Positions 23,654 to 32,856 of a stretch of 36,783 nt of DNA are shown here, one piece after another. Source of the stretch: a virus (Duplodnaviria > Caudoviricetes); the IMG/VR virus record IMGVR_UViG_3300032319_001216, positions 1-36,783 of that record; one strand, written 5' to 3'. The position numbers and the translations under genes are program-made. Below the pieces are notes generated by a model that searched no databases, had not been told where the DNA came from, and was given only the letters and a program-made list of their open reading frames with translations. Within the stretch, counting starts at the first letter, position 1. Each line of letters opens with the position of its first letter.

Positions 23654-24060
23654 GCTCTCCGTGCCTCCCTGATGTCCTCGCGGATCTCTCTGAACGTCTC
23701 GGCGATCTCCGCCCGCATGGCCTGTAGCGCCGCGAGCAGCTCATCCCGCATCGCGCGCACCGCTACGCGATCCGTCGCTTGCTCGCGCTCGTGCGACGTC
23801 ACGCGCTCCTCGAGGCGCCCGACCTGCGCCGCCAGCTCGCTCACGCGGCGATCGGCCTGGTCGCACCGGTCGCGCTGCACCGCGAACGCCGCGCCCCATT
23901 CGTCGCGCGACGCCCGCGCGGCCTGCGCATCGGCCTGCGCCTCGGCTCGCGCGCGGTCGGGCCGCGCGACGGCCCACGACACCAACGCGGCGCCGAGCGC
24001 GGAGATGATGGCCGAAAGGGCGAGGTGGAGGACGTCGAGGTCGGGCATCGGGTGCCTCAC
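23650..24060 (-). CDS. N-terminal TM plus coiled-coil protein (lysis cassette; holin/antiholin or inner-spanin candidate)
   Basis: LHLALSAIISALGAALVSWAV TM followed by a heptad-rich helix. The start may be 24048. Confidence 0.6.
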   Translation of the reverse strand: MRHPMPDLDVLHLALSAIISALGAALVSWAVARPDRARAEAQADAQAARASRDEWGAAFAVQRDRCDQADRRVSELAAQVGRLEERVTSHEREQATDRVAVRAMRDELLAALQAMRAEIAETFREIREDIREARRA

Positions 24061-25784
24061 ATCCGGCGCATGGCGTCGAAAACGCCGCGCGCGTACGACT
24101 GCGACTGCGCCGTGGATTCGGAGATCCGCATGTCGGCTAGGTGCAGTCCAGGCGGAGCGCCCCCGAACGAGATGTTTGCCATCGTCGCGTTACGCGCGTT
24201 GGCAATCACGCTCGTAAGCGCGATCTCGCCATTCACGTAGTACGTATAGGTGCGCGTCGATCCGACGTACGACGCCATCAGGTGCAGCGGCTGCGACCGC
24301 GCCTGCGACCACGGAATCGTTGCGGTCGTGACGGTGACGTTGTTCGCGATCCCGGGGCCGATCGCGATGGCCGTGTCCGATATGCCGACGGCGAAATCGT
24401 TCTTCGTCGCCGGGTAGACATCGTAAATGTACACGAACGTCGACGCAGACGAGAGAGCAGCGTTGCCCGCTGGCATCAGCATGATCTCGAACGTCCAGTC
24501 GCTCGTCCCGACGGCGATGGTGCCGCTGCCCGCCGAGCCGCTGTTGCCAAGCGAGATGTTGGGCAATCCGCGGAACATCGCCGTGCGCGACAGCAGTGCG
24601 ATCGTCGCGCTCGTGATGTGCGCGCTGCCGATTGAGTCGGCGAACGTGGTTCCGCTCGATTCGTCGAGCTTCCACCAGTGCGAGGTGCCCGACGCCGTGG
24701 CGGGGCGCGCGCCGTTCGACGAGACGGCCGCCCACGACGGCGCTGCCGCACCGCCGCTGGTGAGCACCTGCCCCGACGTGCCAGCGGCGAGCGCCGCCCA
24801 CGCCGAGCCGGTGTCGTAGAGGATGCGGCCGGCGACGGAAGGAGCTGGCGCTAGGCGCGAGTCGTTTCCCTGCGTGCTGGTACCCGAGGTCGTCCCGTAC
24901 GTCACCGAGAGCGTGTTGCCCGACCGCGCGAGCCCCGTGCCGGCCACGGTCTGATCGGGCAGCTGCCCGAACACGAGCGCCGTGGTACCGATGGTGATCG
25001 GGTCTTGCGTGTCGAGGAAAAACGCGCAGCCGGAGTTGGTGACGCCGAGCGTGACGAACGCAGCGGCGCCCGACGTGAGCTTCGCGGCGCTGTCCGCGTC
25101 CGTGTCGCGCTTCAGCACCCACGGCGCGCCCGCGCTTCCCGTCGCGTAGACGCAGTAGATCCCGTGCTGCTCGCCAGCGCTCTGGTTCTTGACGAGCACT
25201 CTGTCGCCCGACGCGGCGTTCACGCCGTCGACCTGGAGGATGCCGTTCGCCGACGCGGTGAGCGTCGCACCGACGCCGCTCGCGCCGTTGTTGTACGTGC
25301 ACGTCGTCAGCGCCGTGGCTGTCGCCAAGCGGCACGATTGTTTCCAGTCGCGGCCCTGGAAGATGCTGTCGGCGTAGCTCTGCGCGCTCGCGAGCGTCGA
25401 GGCGTCGGCCGTGTCGACGTAGGTCTTGGTCGTCAGGTGGCTCGACAGCGTCGGCGTGCCCGTCGACTTCACGAGCTGCGCGCCGAGGTCGAGCGCAGCG
25501 GTCAGCGACGCGGCCACCGTGCGGAGCGTCGCCTCCCCGAGCGCGTGGACGTGGCCCGCGTCGCTCACGTTGCCCGAGCTCCCCGCGGCGCCCGTCGTGC
25601 CCACGGCCTGCGCGGCGGACGACGAGATCGCCGCCGCGGACGGCACCGTGACGACCGTCGCGCCGGCCGAAGGGTCGTCCGTTACCGTGGCGCCGATGAA
25701 CTTCAACACGCGGCGTTGCAGCGCGGCGCCGGAGGACGACGCGATCTGGTCGTATCCGAAGAGGTTATCGAACATGCTCATCAC
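24057..25784 (-). CDS. Tail fibre / receptor-binding protein with a C-terminal LamG/ConA-like domain
   Basis: DWKQSCRLAT...VDGV...GDRVLVKNQ...GIY fibre module, AGTSGQVLTSGG repeat, then HWWKLDESSGTTFADS...WTFEI...YVNG (LamG-like). Confidence 0.8.
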   Translation of the reverse strand: MMSMFDNLFGYDQIASSSGAALQRRVLKFIGATVTDDPSAGATVVTVPSAAAISSSAAQAVGTTGAAGSSGNVSDAGHVHALGEATLRTVAASLTAALDLGAQLVKSTGTPTLSSHLTTKTYVDTADASTLASAQSYADSIFQGRDWKQSCRLATATALTTCTYNNGASGVGATLTASANGILQVDGVNAASGDRVLVKNQSAGEQHGIYCVYATGSAGAPWVLKRDTDADSAAKLTSGAAAFVTLGVTNSGCAFFLDTQDPITIGTTALVFGQLPDQTVAGTGLARSGNTLSVTYGTTSGTSTQGNDSRLAPAPSVAGRILYDTGSAWAALAAGTSGQVLTSGGAAAPSWAAVSSNGARPATASGTSHWWKLDESSGTTFADSIGSAHITSATIALLSRTAMFRGLPNISLGNSGSAGSGTIAVGTSDWTFEIMLMPAGNAALSSASTFVYIYDVYPATKNDFAVGISDTAIAIGPGIANNVTVTTATIPWSQARSQPLHLMASYVGSTRTYTYYVNGEIALTSVIANARNATMANISFGGAPPGLHLADMRISESTAQSQSYARGVFDAMRRM

Positions 25785-26245
25785 GACACCTCGTTGCCGC
25801 TGAGGACGACCCAGTAGCCGCCCAGGTACGCGAACCGCGCGTACTTGCCGTTGGTGATCACTTTCATTGTCGTCGTCCCGTCTACCTGCTTCACCGTGAT
25901 GTTGCCGACGGGGTTCACCAGTAGGTTGACCGAGATCACGATGATTTCGACGTAACGCGAGGTCGTGGGGGTATGCAGGACGACGGTGATGGCGCCCGAG
26001 CCGCCGTACGCGAACGCGGTGCCGACGATGGTGGCACCGCCCTCGGCGGTGAACCCGATCACGTCGTTGTTTACGAGATCGCGCGACGCCATCTTCGTTT
26101 GCCCGCTCAGCGCCACGGCCGCCTCGTCGGCCAGCTGCTGAAACGCCGGGTCTATTGACGACGCCGAGGCTGTGTCGCCGTCGCTCGGGACGGTCAAGCT
26201 CGTCGCCAGCGCGGCAGTCGGGTCACCCGTGATCGTAGTGGGCAT
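25781..26245 (-). CDS. Putative proximal tail fibre/baseplate-attachment protein
   Basis: TVPSDGDTASASSIDPAFQQLAD N-terminus resembles fibre anchoring domains; lies between the wedge and fibre genes. Confidence 0.5.
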   Translation of the reverse strand: MPTTITGDPTAALATSLTVPSDGDTASASSIDPAFQQLADEAAVALSGQTKMASRDLVNNDVIGFTAEGGATIVGTAFAYGGSGAITVVLHTPTTSRYVEIIVISVNLLVNPVGNITVKQVDGTTTMKVITNGKYARFAYLGGYWVVLSGNEVS

Positions 26246-26248
26246 CGT

Positions 26249-27046
26249 TCATTCTCCGTCTGCGTAAAGAGCGGTGCCGAGCCTTGAGGGCAGGGCCACC
26301 CCGCCGCTGAGCTTTCCCCACGGCCCCCACGTACCGTCCGGCATCGGCGATCCCGCGGCGGCCGTTGGGTCGAACGACGCGTCGTCGAACGCGAGAATGA
26401 TGTTTTGGCACCTCGAGTGCGCCGCCTTGGCGTCGGCGACGACCAGGCGCATGGACTGGATCTGCGCGCTCGTCGCGGTCGAGCCCCAGGTGCCGCTACC
26501 CCACGCGCCCGCGCCCCACGTGGTCCGCGTCCAGATCGACGATGCGTAGATGATCACCCAGAAACGGGACCACGCGTCTGCGTCGGCGGCTCCGTCCCAG
26601 TTCCAGTTCTTCGGCGACGTCGTGTGCCGTTCGAACGTCCCGTCCGCGTTCCGCGTGATCCACTCGCCCCAGTGATTGACGATCCGCATCCGCACGGCGT
26701 GCGGCGTCAGGTACCCCGCGAGCTGGACCAGGATCGTGTGCGGATCCCCGAGCCGGCGCTTGTTGTCGAGCCAGGCGAGCTGCCTCGCCGCGTAGCTGTC
26801 GTCGCTTTCGTCGAACCCGCGCCGCACGCGCCGTTCCCGCCCCTCGATCGGCAGGGTCTGAGGGGAGTAGCCCGGGAACCACAGGCGCAGGCCGTCGGTG
26901 GCCGCTTCAGCGAGCGCGTCGAGGTGCAGCGCCACGGTGAGCAGCACGCGAAACGCGTTGGTGCGACGCAGCCAGCGTGGTGCGGCGCGCAGCGCAGCGG
27001 AGCGGAACGTGTAGACCGCACCGGAGCGGAACGTGTAGCCGATCAT
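26249..27046 (-). CDS. Baseplate wedge protein (P2 gpI / Mu gp48-like position)
   Basis: LPIEGRERRVRRGFDESDDSYAAR motif; directly after baseplate J; ATG 27046. Confidence 0.7.
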   Translation of the reverse strand: MIGYTFRSGAVYTFRSAALRAAPRWLRRTNAFRVLLTVALHLDALAEAATDGLRLWFPGYSPQTLPIEGRERRVRRGFDESDDSYAARQLAWLDNKRRLGDPHTILVQLAGYLTPHAVRMRIVNHWGEWITRNADGTFERHTTSPKNWNWDGAADADAWSRFWVIIYASSIWTRTTWGAGAWGSGTWGSTATSAQIQSMRLVVADAKAAHSRCQNIILAFDDASFDPTAAAGSPMPDGTWGPWGKLSGGVALPSRLGTALYADGE

Positions 27047-28236
27047 GAGGCCACCCAGTGCACGGTGCCGGTCACGCTGCCGATCACGGGCACCTGCGCG
27101 GGCGAGCTGCCGAGATTCAGCGCGACATCCGACCCCGGCGCCGACACGACGACGCGGAAGATGCCGTCGTTCGCGGCCGCGATCGCGCCGCGAATCGTGT
27201 CGACGTAGAGCTTCCCGTTCGTCGCCGGCGGGATGATGTTTCCGCCGATCGGCTGACGCGCCATCAGGGCGGTCAGCGCGGTCGAGATCTGTGCCTTCAG
27301 CGTGTCGGTGTCGATCCCCGAGGCGCTGTATGCCCACACCTCGTAGGTGACGTTCACCGTCACCGCGCTCGCGCTCTCCACCGTGACAGTCACCCCGTCG
27401 GGGCGCACGTGTTCCTCGATCGCCGCCGCAATAGCGCCGAGGTCCGTGGTCGGGTCGGTGACGTCGCCTGTTACCGGCCCGTTCGCCGATGCAGCGACGA
27501 CGCGCACCTGCCCGTTGGGCGACGAGTTCGAGGACCATGCCCGCGACGTGGACACGGGGCTGCCGTCTTCGTCGCCCCACGGCACCGTCGCGCTCTTCGC
27601 CCAGTACACGTACGCGCCTCGGGGGCCCTTGATCGATAGGGTGTCGAGTTTGTCGATGCAGCGCTGGCGAAGGGCCTCGTCGCCCTCCTCGTCGAGGCCT
27701 ACCAGCGTCCCTGGGTTCGTGCAGGTGACGCCGGTGGCCGTCGTCACCAGCGCGTCGATCTGACCCGCGGTCGACGTGCTCCCTGCGCCCGCCTCGACTG
27801 CGCGCACCTGGACGGTGGCCGTGCTCGTGGGCGACAGGCTCACCGAGGAGACGTTGCGGTACAGCGCGCCGGTCGTGGAGTTCTGGACGACGAGCTCGCC
27901 GACGTCCCACGAGTACATGCCGCCGCCCGCGTTGGTGAGCGTCACGTCGCCCGCGGCGAAGGTCTGCTCGATGCGCGCGACGCGGAACTTCCACCACGCG
28001 ACGAGCGTCAGCCAGGCTCCGCTCGACAGCGTGATCGAACCGCTGCGCGCGATCGCCGCGACCAGGTACGTGAGCGCGGAGATCAGCACCGCCGCGATGG
28101 CGATGAACGTGCGCGTCGGCGCGCCCGGCTTCCACGAGGTCGTCTCGGCGCCCAGGCGCGCGAGGACATCGTACATCGAGGCCTTCACCTCGTCGACGGT
28201 CATCGGGGTCGTCAGGTCTTCGAGCGGGCGAGCCAT
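27043..28236 (-). CDS. Baseplate J-like wedge protein
   Basis: SGAWLTLVA...VRAVEAGAGS...GLDEEGDEALRQR...GPRGAYVYWA; ATG 28236. Confidence 0.9.
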   Translation of the reverse strand: MARPLEDLTTPMTVDEVKASMYDVLARLGAETTSWKPGAPTRTFIAIAAVLISALTYLVAAIARSGSITLSSGAWLTLVAWWKFRVARIEQTFAAGDVTLTNAGGGMYSWDVGELVVQNSTTGALYRNVSSVSLSPTSTATVQVRAVEAGAGSTSTAGQIDALVTTATGVTCTNPGTLVGLDEEGDEALRQRCIDKLDTLSIKGPRGAYVYWAKSATVPWGDEDGSPVSTSRAWSSNSSPNGQVRVVAASANGPVTGDVTDPTTDLGAIAAAIEEHVRPDGVTVTVESASAVTVNVTYEVWAYSASGIDTDTLKAQISTALTALMARQPIGGNIIPPATNGKLYVDTIRGAIAAANDGIFRVVVSAPGSDVALNLGSSPAQVPVIGSVTGTVHWVAS

Positions 28237-28706
28237 CAGGTCATCTCCTCGAGCAGCACGCCCCCATCGCTGACCGCGAGGGTCAGCGAGAACGGGCCCG
28301 CGGCGGTCGCGCCGGACACCTCGATGCGCAGCCCCACGGCGCCCGTGAGCCGCGCAGCGGTGATCGCGACGCTGACCGTGTCCACGCGGTCGTCCTGCAG
28401 CGCCTGCGCGCGGAGCTCGGACTGCGCGGCCTGGATCGTCGCGGCCGTCGTCGCCTTGCCGAGCATGGTCGCGACGTCGAACCCGTAGTCCTCGTCGTCG
28501 ACGAGCGTGCCCCGCGGCGTGGTGAACCTGCGGTAGATGGCCTCCGCGACGGCGCGCGGACTGTCCGGCGGAACCACGGCCGCGTCCGGGCTGATGTCGT
28601 CGACGCAAGACAGGTCCGCGCCGAACCCCAGGTCCCCCGCGGGCACCGCGATCTCGCGCGCGACGCCGGCGATCAGCGTGGGCAACGTCTCCTGCAGCAC
28701 GCCCAT
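28236..28706 (-). CDS. Baseplate gp25/gpW/Mu gp46-like protein
   Basis: AIYRRFTTPRGTL...DYGFD...ALQDDRV; ATG 28706. Confidence 0.8.
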   Translation of the reverse strand: MGVLQETLPTLIAGVAREIAVPAGDLGFGADLSCVDDISPDAAVVPPDSPRAVAEAIYRRFTTPRGTLVDDEDYGFDVATMLGKATTAATIQAAQSELRAQALQDDRVDTVSVAITAARLTGAVGLRIEVSGATAAGPFSLTLAVSDGGVLLEEMT

Positions 28707-29926
28707 CACCCGGCCCTCACCTTGCTCGAGCCCCCGGAGATCGCCGCGGTGAGGTGCACCTCGCCCGGCGTGCCGGTCGCGGTGGGCGACAGCACCAGCG
28801 CGATCGGGGCGGTGCCGCCGCCCGTCGCGGAGAGGTACCCGACGGTGACGGGATCGCCGATGCGCCCCACCGGCGCGCCGTCGTCCACGCCGCACCCGAG
28901 CGCGATGTGGGCCGTGACGTCGAACATCAGCCGCGCGGGCCGCCACGCGTCGGCGCCCAAGGGCGCGAACGCCACCACGCGGGGCTGCGTCGGGTCGCCC
29001 GCCGTGAACTCGACGAGCACGTGCGTCCCCGGCGAGAGATCGGCCCACGCGCCCGCGACGCCGGGCCACATCGAGATCGGCAACGTGTCCGGAAGCCCGT
29101 CGCGCTTCCGGACAGCCTGCAGCTCCACGCGGTCCGTCGACATCTGTACGAGCCGGTACTCGTGAGCGCCGACGATCCCGAGCTCGCGGGCGATCTCCTC
29201 GCGGACGATCGCGCGCAGGCTTCGCGCGATCCGCCCCGCCGACGACTGCTCGCCGCCGCACCACGCGGTCGCCCGGAGCGCGCCGGCCGAGACGACCAGC
29301 TCAAGCTCTCGCACGACAAGGGGCGCGTCCAGGCGGGCGCGCAGCGTCGAGCCGATGCCGATGGCCGTCGGGTCCTCGAGCGCCAGCGACACCGTCCGCG
29401 CTCTCGGGTCGACCTGGAGCACCTCGTACGGTCCGGTGACCTCGGTCGGTGGCCGCGGCCCCGCGTGCGTGACGCCCGCGCAGTCGACCCACCACGGCAC
29501 CTCGCCGAGGAGCTGCTCGAGCACCCGCGACGCCGGACCGGCCGCCCGGACGAAGTCGATGCCCACGAGCGCCGACGTGGGCGCGAACGTGCCGATAGTC
29601 TCGCCCACACCGCGCGCGGCGTCGTCGGCGATCGTGCGCGCCTTGACCCCGTTGTCGGCGTGGTAGTGCAGCGGCCCGACGGCGCGCGCCCATCCGCCGG
29701 CGCCGGCGACGACGCGCACTTTCGACGCCTGGGCGAACGCCCCGGAGAACTCCGGCGCGACCACGCCGCGCATCGACAGCGCGCCGATCTTCACCTCGAC
29801 GCTGCCCGACAGAGCCACGTGCTCCGGCAGGTCGGCGTCGACGAACCACGCGCCCGCGCTCGGCACGCACGCGCGGAGCGACGTGACGGCGTGTCCACCG
29901 ACGGAAGCAAAGAGCGGCGTGCTCAT
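28706..29926 (-). CDS. Baseplate hub with a probable fused spike OB-fold
   Basis: 406 aa. N-terminal hub-like region (WWVDCAGVTHAG) and C-terminal WPGVAG...PGTHVLVEFTAGDPTQPRVV...VGRIGDPV, like gpV/gp45 spikes. Confidence 0.65.
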   Translation of the reverse strand: MSTPLFASVGGHAVTSLRACVPSAGAWFVDADLPEHVALSGSVEVKIGALSMRGVVAPEFSGAFAQASKVRVVAGAGGWARAVGPLHYHADNGVKARTIADDAARGVGETIGTFAPTSALVGIDFVRAAGPASRVLEQLLGEVPWWVDCAGVTHAGPRPPTEVTGPYEVLQVDPRARTVSLALEDPTAIGIGSTLRARLDAPLVVRELELVVSAGALRATAWCGGEQSSAGRIARSLRAIVREEIARELGIVGAHEYRLVQMSTDRVELQAVRKRDGLPDTLPISMWPGVAGAWADLSPGTHVLVEFTAGDPTQPRVVAFAPLGADAWRPARLMFDVTAHIALGCGVDDGAPVGRIGDPVTVGYLSATGGGTAPIALVLSPTATGTPGEVHLTAAISGGSSKVRAG

Positions 29927-30438
29927 GCGAGGCTGTTCACCTGACCGGTGAGGTCCGAGATGATCTGGTCGGCGGGGCTCTTGGCGGGCGCTTTCCCCGA
30001 GCTCGTCGACGAGCCGCCCGGCGTCGCGACGGCGGCCTTGGGCTTGCGGAACTGCTTGAACTTCACCGTCCACTCGCGGGCGCTGCCGTCGAGCGCCGCC
30101 ACCCACCCCACGACGTCCTCGACGACCACCGAGGTGATCTCGTGCTCCTCGAGGATCGGGTGCCAGATCCCCAGCGCCTTGGGCTTCTGTCCCTGCGGCG
30201 GCTTGCGCAGCAAGTCGCGGAACGCGGGCCACTCGACGTCCCACTGCTGCGCGGTGAAGAGCTGGATCTTCACCTCGAACGCGGCGAGCCCGTCTCCCGT
30301 GTAGGTGATGGTCGAGCCGGACGTTCCGTAGCCCTTTTTCTCGTCCCACTTCTTCGGCGAGCTCGCGCCGCCAGGCAACAGGGCGATGCCGGGGCTCTGC
30401 TGCCCTTCGATCAGGATGTAGTCGACGTCGACGCTCAT
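29923..30438 (-). CDS. Tail tube initiator / baseplate hub-associated protein
   Basis: 171 aa directly after the tape measure; WDEKKGYG...IWHPIL...WTVKFKQF. Confidence 0.6.
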   Translation of the reverse strand: MSVDVDYILIEGQQSPGIALLPGGASSPKKWDEKKGYGTSGSTITYTGDGLAAFEVKIQLFTAQQWDVEWPAFRDLLRKPPQGQKPKALGIWHPILEEHEITSVVVEDVVGWVAALDGSAREWTVKFKQFRKPKAAVATPGGSSTSSGKAPAKSPADQIISDLTGQVNSLA

Positions 30439-32192
30439 GCGCCCTCCGGCGAGAGAGGTGCGCCGATCGTGATCGTCGCCCCCTCGAGCAGATCGGCGAG
30501 CATGGCCTTCACCTGGGCGAGGTTGTCGGCAGCGACCTGGCCTGCGCCGACGGTCAAGTGCTCGATGTGGATCGTGTTTCCCCCGCGGCTGTTGTCGTTC
30601 GCCACGGAGGCGGCCCCGGGCGCCGCGGCGCCGGAGGCTGGCGCCGCGGGGATCGAAACCATGGCCGACACGGCGGATTGCACGTCGGTCGCGCCCGCCT
30701 CGATGCCCTCCGCCATGCCGGACGCGGTGAACCCGCCGAGCTTCGCGAACTCTTTCGACGGGCTGGCGATGCCCAGCACGCCCTTGAGCGTCGACATCGC
30801 GCTCGTGCCGAGGCCGCGCACGGCGTCGATGACAAGCCCCGTACCCGACGCGATGCCGTTCACGAGGCCTTGCACGAGCTGCGCGCCGATCGACCCCAGG
30901 TCGAGGTCGAGCAACTTGCTGACCCCGCCGGTCATCGCGCTCCACAATGACGTGGCGAGCGACCACGCTTCCGACAGCGCGGCGACAAGGAGGCCGACCG
31001 CGACGATCGGACCCGCAAAAAGCAGGGCGAGCGTGGCGACCGTCGCCGCGATGGCGCCCAAGACCGCCGCGCCCGCGTAGAGAGCGATCCGCATCCCGTC
31101 GAGCCCGCCGAGCGTGGCTCCGCCGAACGCGTCGCGGAGCGCGTTGCGCACGCGCAGCACCACGATCGAGATCAGCAGGGCGCCAACGACCATGCCCTGA
31201 AAAAACGACTTCACGTACGGGCCAAGGCCGCCCACCTGATCGAAGATCGGGGAGAGCATCGCGGACGCGATCGCGTGCAACGCCTGGCCGCTCGCGGTCG
31301 ACTGATCGAAGATCGACAGGACGTCCTGCATGCCCGCGAGGAAGCTCTCGATGTGGACGTCCGCGAAGATCGCAGCGAAGTTCTCGTGCAGCCTGCGCGA
31401 CTGAACCTCGAACGAGAGCATCTGCTTGGCGAAGTCGGGCCCCCACTTCAGCTTGGCGGCCTTGATCGCCGCAGCCTGCAACGCGTCGGTCAGTGCCTTG
31501 CCGGTAAGCCCCGTCTTCGCGAGGTCTGACGCCATGCCGGTCAGCTCGTCGCGCGTGAGAGGCACCACGCCGCCGAGGCGCGAGATGGCGGCGTCGAGAT
31601 CCTTCCCCCCCGCGACGCTCTGGGTGATTCCCTGCGCGAGCAGTAGCTGCGAGCGGTGCGCGTCCGCGGAGGCCGCGGCGAACGCGAGCAGGTGCGCGAC
31701 CGCCGCGGCGGCGACCGCGGCCAGTACGACGATCGCAGCGGCCGCCGCGACGAGCCCCGCCATCAGGCCGCCGGATCCGAGCGCGTTGCGCAACAGCGAG
31801 ACCCGCTCGAACATGCCCCCCAAGGGGCCGGCGCCCGCCTTTGCCGCGTCGATCATCTCCTTGAGCCCGCCGCCGGCCCCCTCTGCCGCCTCGGCGAGCT
31901 CCTCGCCGCGGCCGGCGACGTCGCCGAACGACCCGCCGAGCTTCACGTACTGCTGCGTCCCCTGGGAGATCGATTGCCGGGTGACCGCGATCTCGTCACG
32001 CAGCTTCGCGAACGCGTCCGCATCGACGACGCTCCCCTGCTGCATGGCCTTCATCGCCCGCTGCATCTCCGATAGCGCGCGGGTGTCCTCCTGCAGCTTG
32101 GTCTTCAGCGCGCTGAGGTCGGCCGCCGCCTCGCTGGCGCCGCCGCCGTCGTACTCGAGGTCGATCGCGAAGGACGCGGTCTCGCCAGCCAT
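30435..32192 (-). CDS. Tape measure protein (585 aa)
   Basis: Ala/Gly-rich helical protein with hydrophobic segments and the LGIASPSKEF...G motif; ATG 32192. Confidence 0.88.
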   Translation of the reverse strand: MAGETASFAIDLEYDGGGASEAAADLSALKTKLQEDTRALSEMQRAMKAMQQGSVVDADAFAKLRDEIAVTRQSISQGTQQYVKLGGSFGDVAGRGEELAEAAEGAGGGLKEMIDAAKAGAGPLGGMFERVSLLRNALGSGGLMAGLVAAAAAIVVLAAVAAAAVAHLLAFAAASADAHRSQLLLAQGITQSVAGGKDLDAAISRLGGVVPLTRDELTGMASDLAKTGLTGKALTDALQAAAIKAAKLKWGPDFAKQMLSFEVQSRRLHENFAAIFADVHIESFLAGMQDVLSIFDQSTASGQALHAIASAMLSPIFDQVGGLGPYVKSFFQGMVVGALLISIVVLRVRNALRDAFGGATLGGLDGMRIALYAGAAVLGAIAATVATLALLFAGPIVAVGLLVAALSEAWSLATSLWSAMTGGVSKLLDLDLGSIGAQLVQGLVNGIASGTGLVIDAVRGLGTSAMSTLKGVLGIASPSKEFAKLGGFTASGMAEGIEAGATDVQSAVSAMVSIPAAPASGAAAPGAASVANDNSRGGNTIHIEHLTVGAGQVAADNLAQVKAMLADLLEGATITIGAPLSPEGA

Positions 32193-32656
32193 CAGCCACC
32201 TCGCATCGACGGGGAGATCGCAGGCCCGCCGCGGCCGCGGCCCTTGCGCGCGAGGAACGCCGCGCAGGCGGCGACGACGCCGCGGCGAATCGCGTTGCCG
32301 AGCCGGTCTGGCATCCCGCCGCGGGGCAGGATCGGCCGCGCAGGCACGCGATGGGTGCCGAAGTGGTGGAACACCTCGGGGCCGGAGAGGCGGATCAGAA
32401 TCGTCGATCGGATCGCGCTCACCGTGACCGCCTTCATCGCGTTTTGCAGAGCGGCGTGGCCGTCCTTGGTGGGCGGCCAGGGCGTCCCGTCGACGGACCG
32501 CTGCTCGCGGATCGCCTGGTCGATCTCCGCGCGCACGACGGGCACGAGCTGCTGCGCGATCGCCGCGGGGGCCGCGGGCGACGCAGCGGCACGAAGCTGG
32601 GCGATCCACTCGTCCAGCGTCGCGAAGCCCGCTCCGTACGTGTCCCGACCAGCCAT
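32192..32656 (-). CDS. Virion morphogenesis / tail completion protein (Mu gpG / P2 gpS-like)
   Basis: QRSVDGTPWPP...FHHFGTHRVPARPILP signature. Confidence 0.8.
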   Translation of the reverse strand: MAGRDTYGAGFATLDEWIAQLRAAASPAAPAAIAQQLVPVVRAEIDQAIREQRSVDGTPWPPTKDGHAALQNAMKAVTVSAIRSTILIRLSGPEVFHHFGTHRVPARPILPRGGMPDRLGNAIRRGVVAACAAFLARKGRGRGGPAISPSMRGG

Positions 32657-32856
32657 CACCCTGCCTTTCGCGTCAACGCCCTGCGGAGCGCTTTCAGGTC
32701 GTAGAGGCCCTCTGCGATGAACAGCGCGCCGGCAAGGGACCGGACTCGCTCTTCGGGGTCCTCCGACTGCGGATCGAACGTGAGGAGCTGCAGCAGGCAC
32801 TCCGCGGCGATGCCGTGGTCGTGCTCCGCGTCCCGCCGCAGCCGCTCTATTCCCCC
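32656..32856 (-). CDS. -1 frameshift extension of the tail assembly chaperone (gpGT-like)
   Basis: The -1 frame is open from the slippery site to TGA 32656, which is coupled to the next ATG; no convincing start of its own. Confidence 0.75.
   Translation of the reverse strand, partial: GGIERLRRDAEHDHGIAAECLLQLLTFDPQSEDPEERVRSLAGALFIAEGLYDLKALRRALTRKAG

Noticed and set aside
26999-27038. 16-bp direct repeat GGAGCGGAACGTGTAG with a 24-bp period
   Set aside because: Just two copies, forming an in-frame duplication (YTFRS twice) at a gene start; not a CRISPR array or a supported regulatory site
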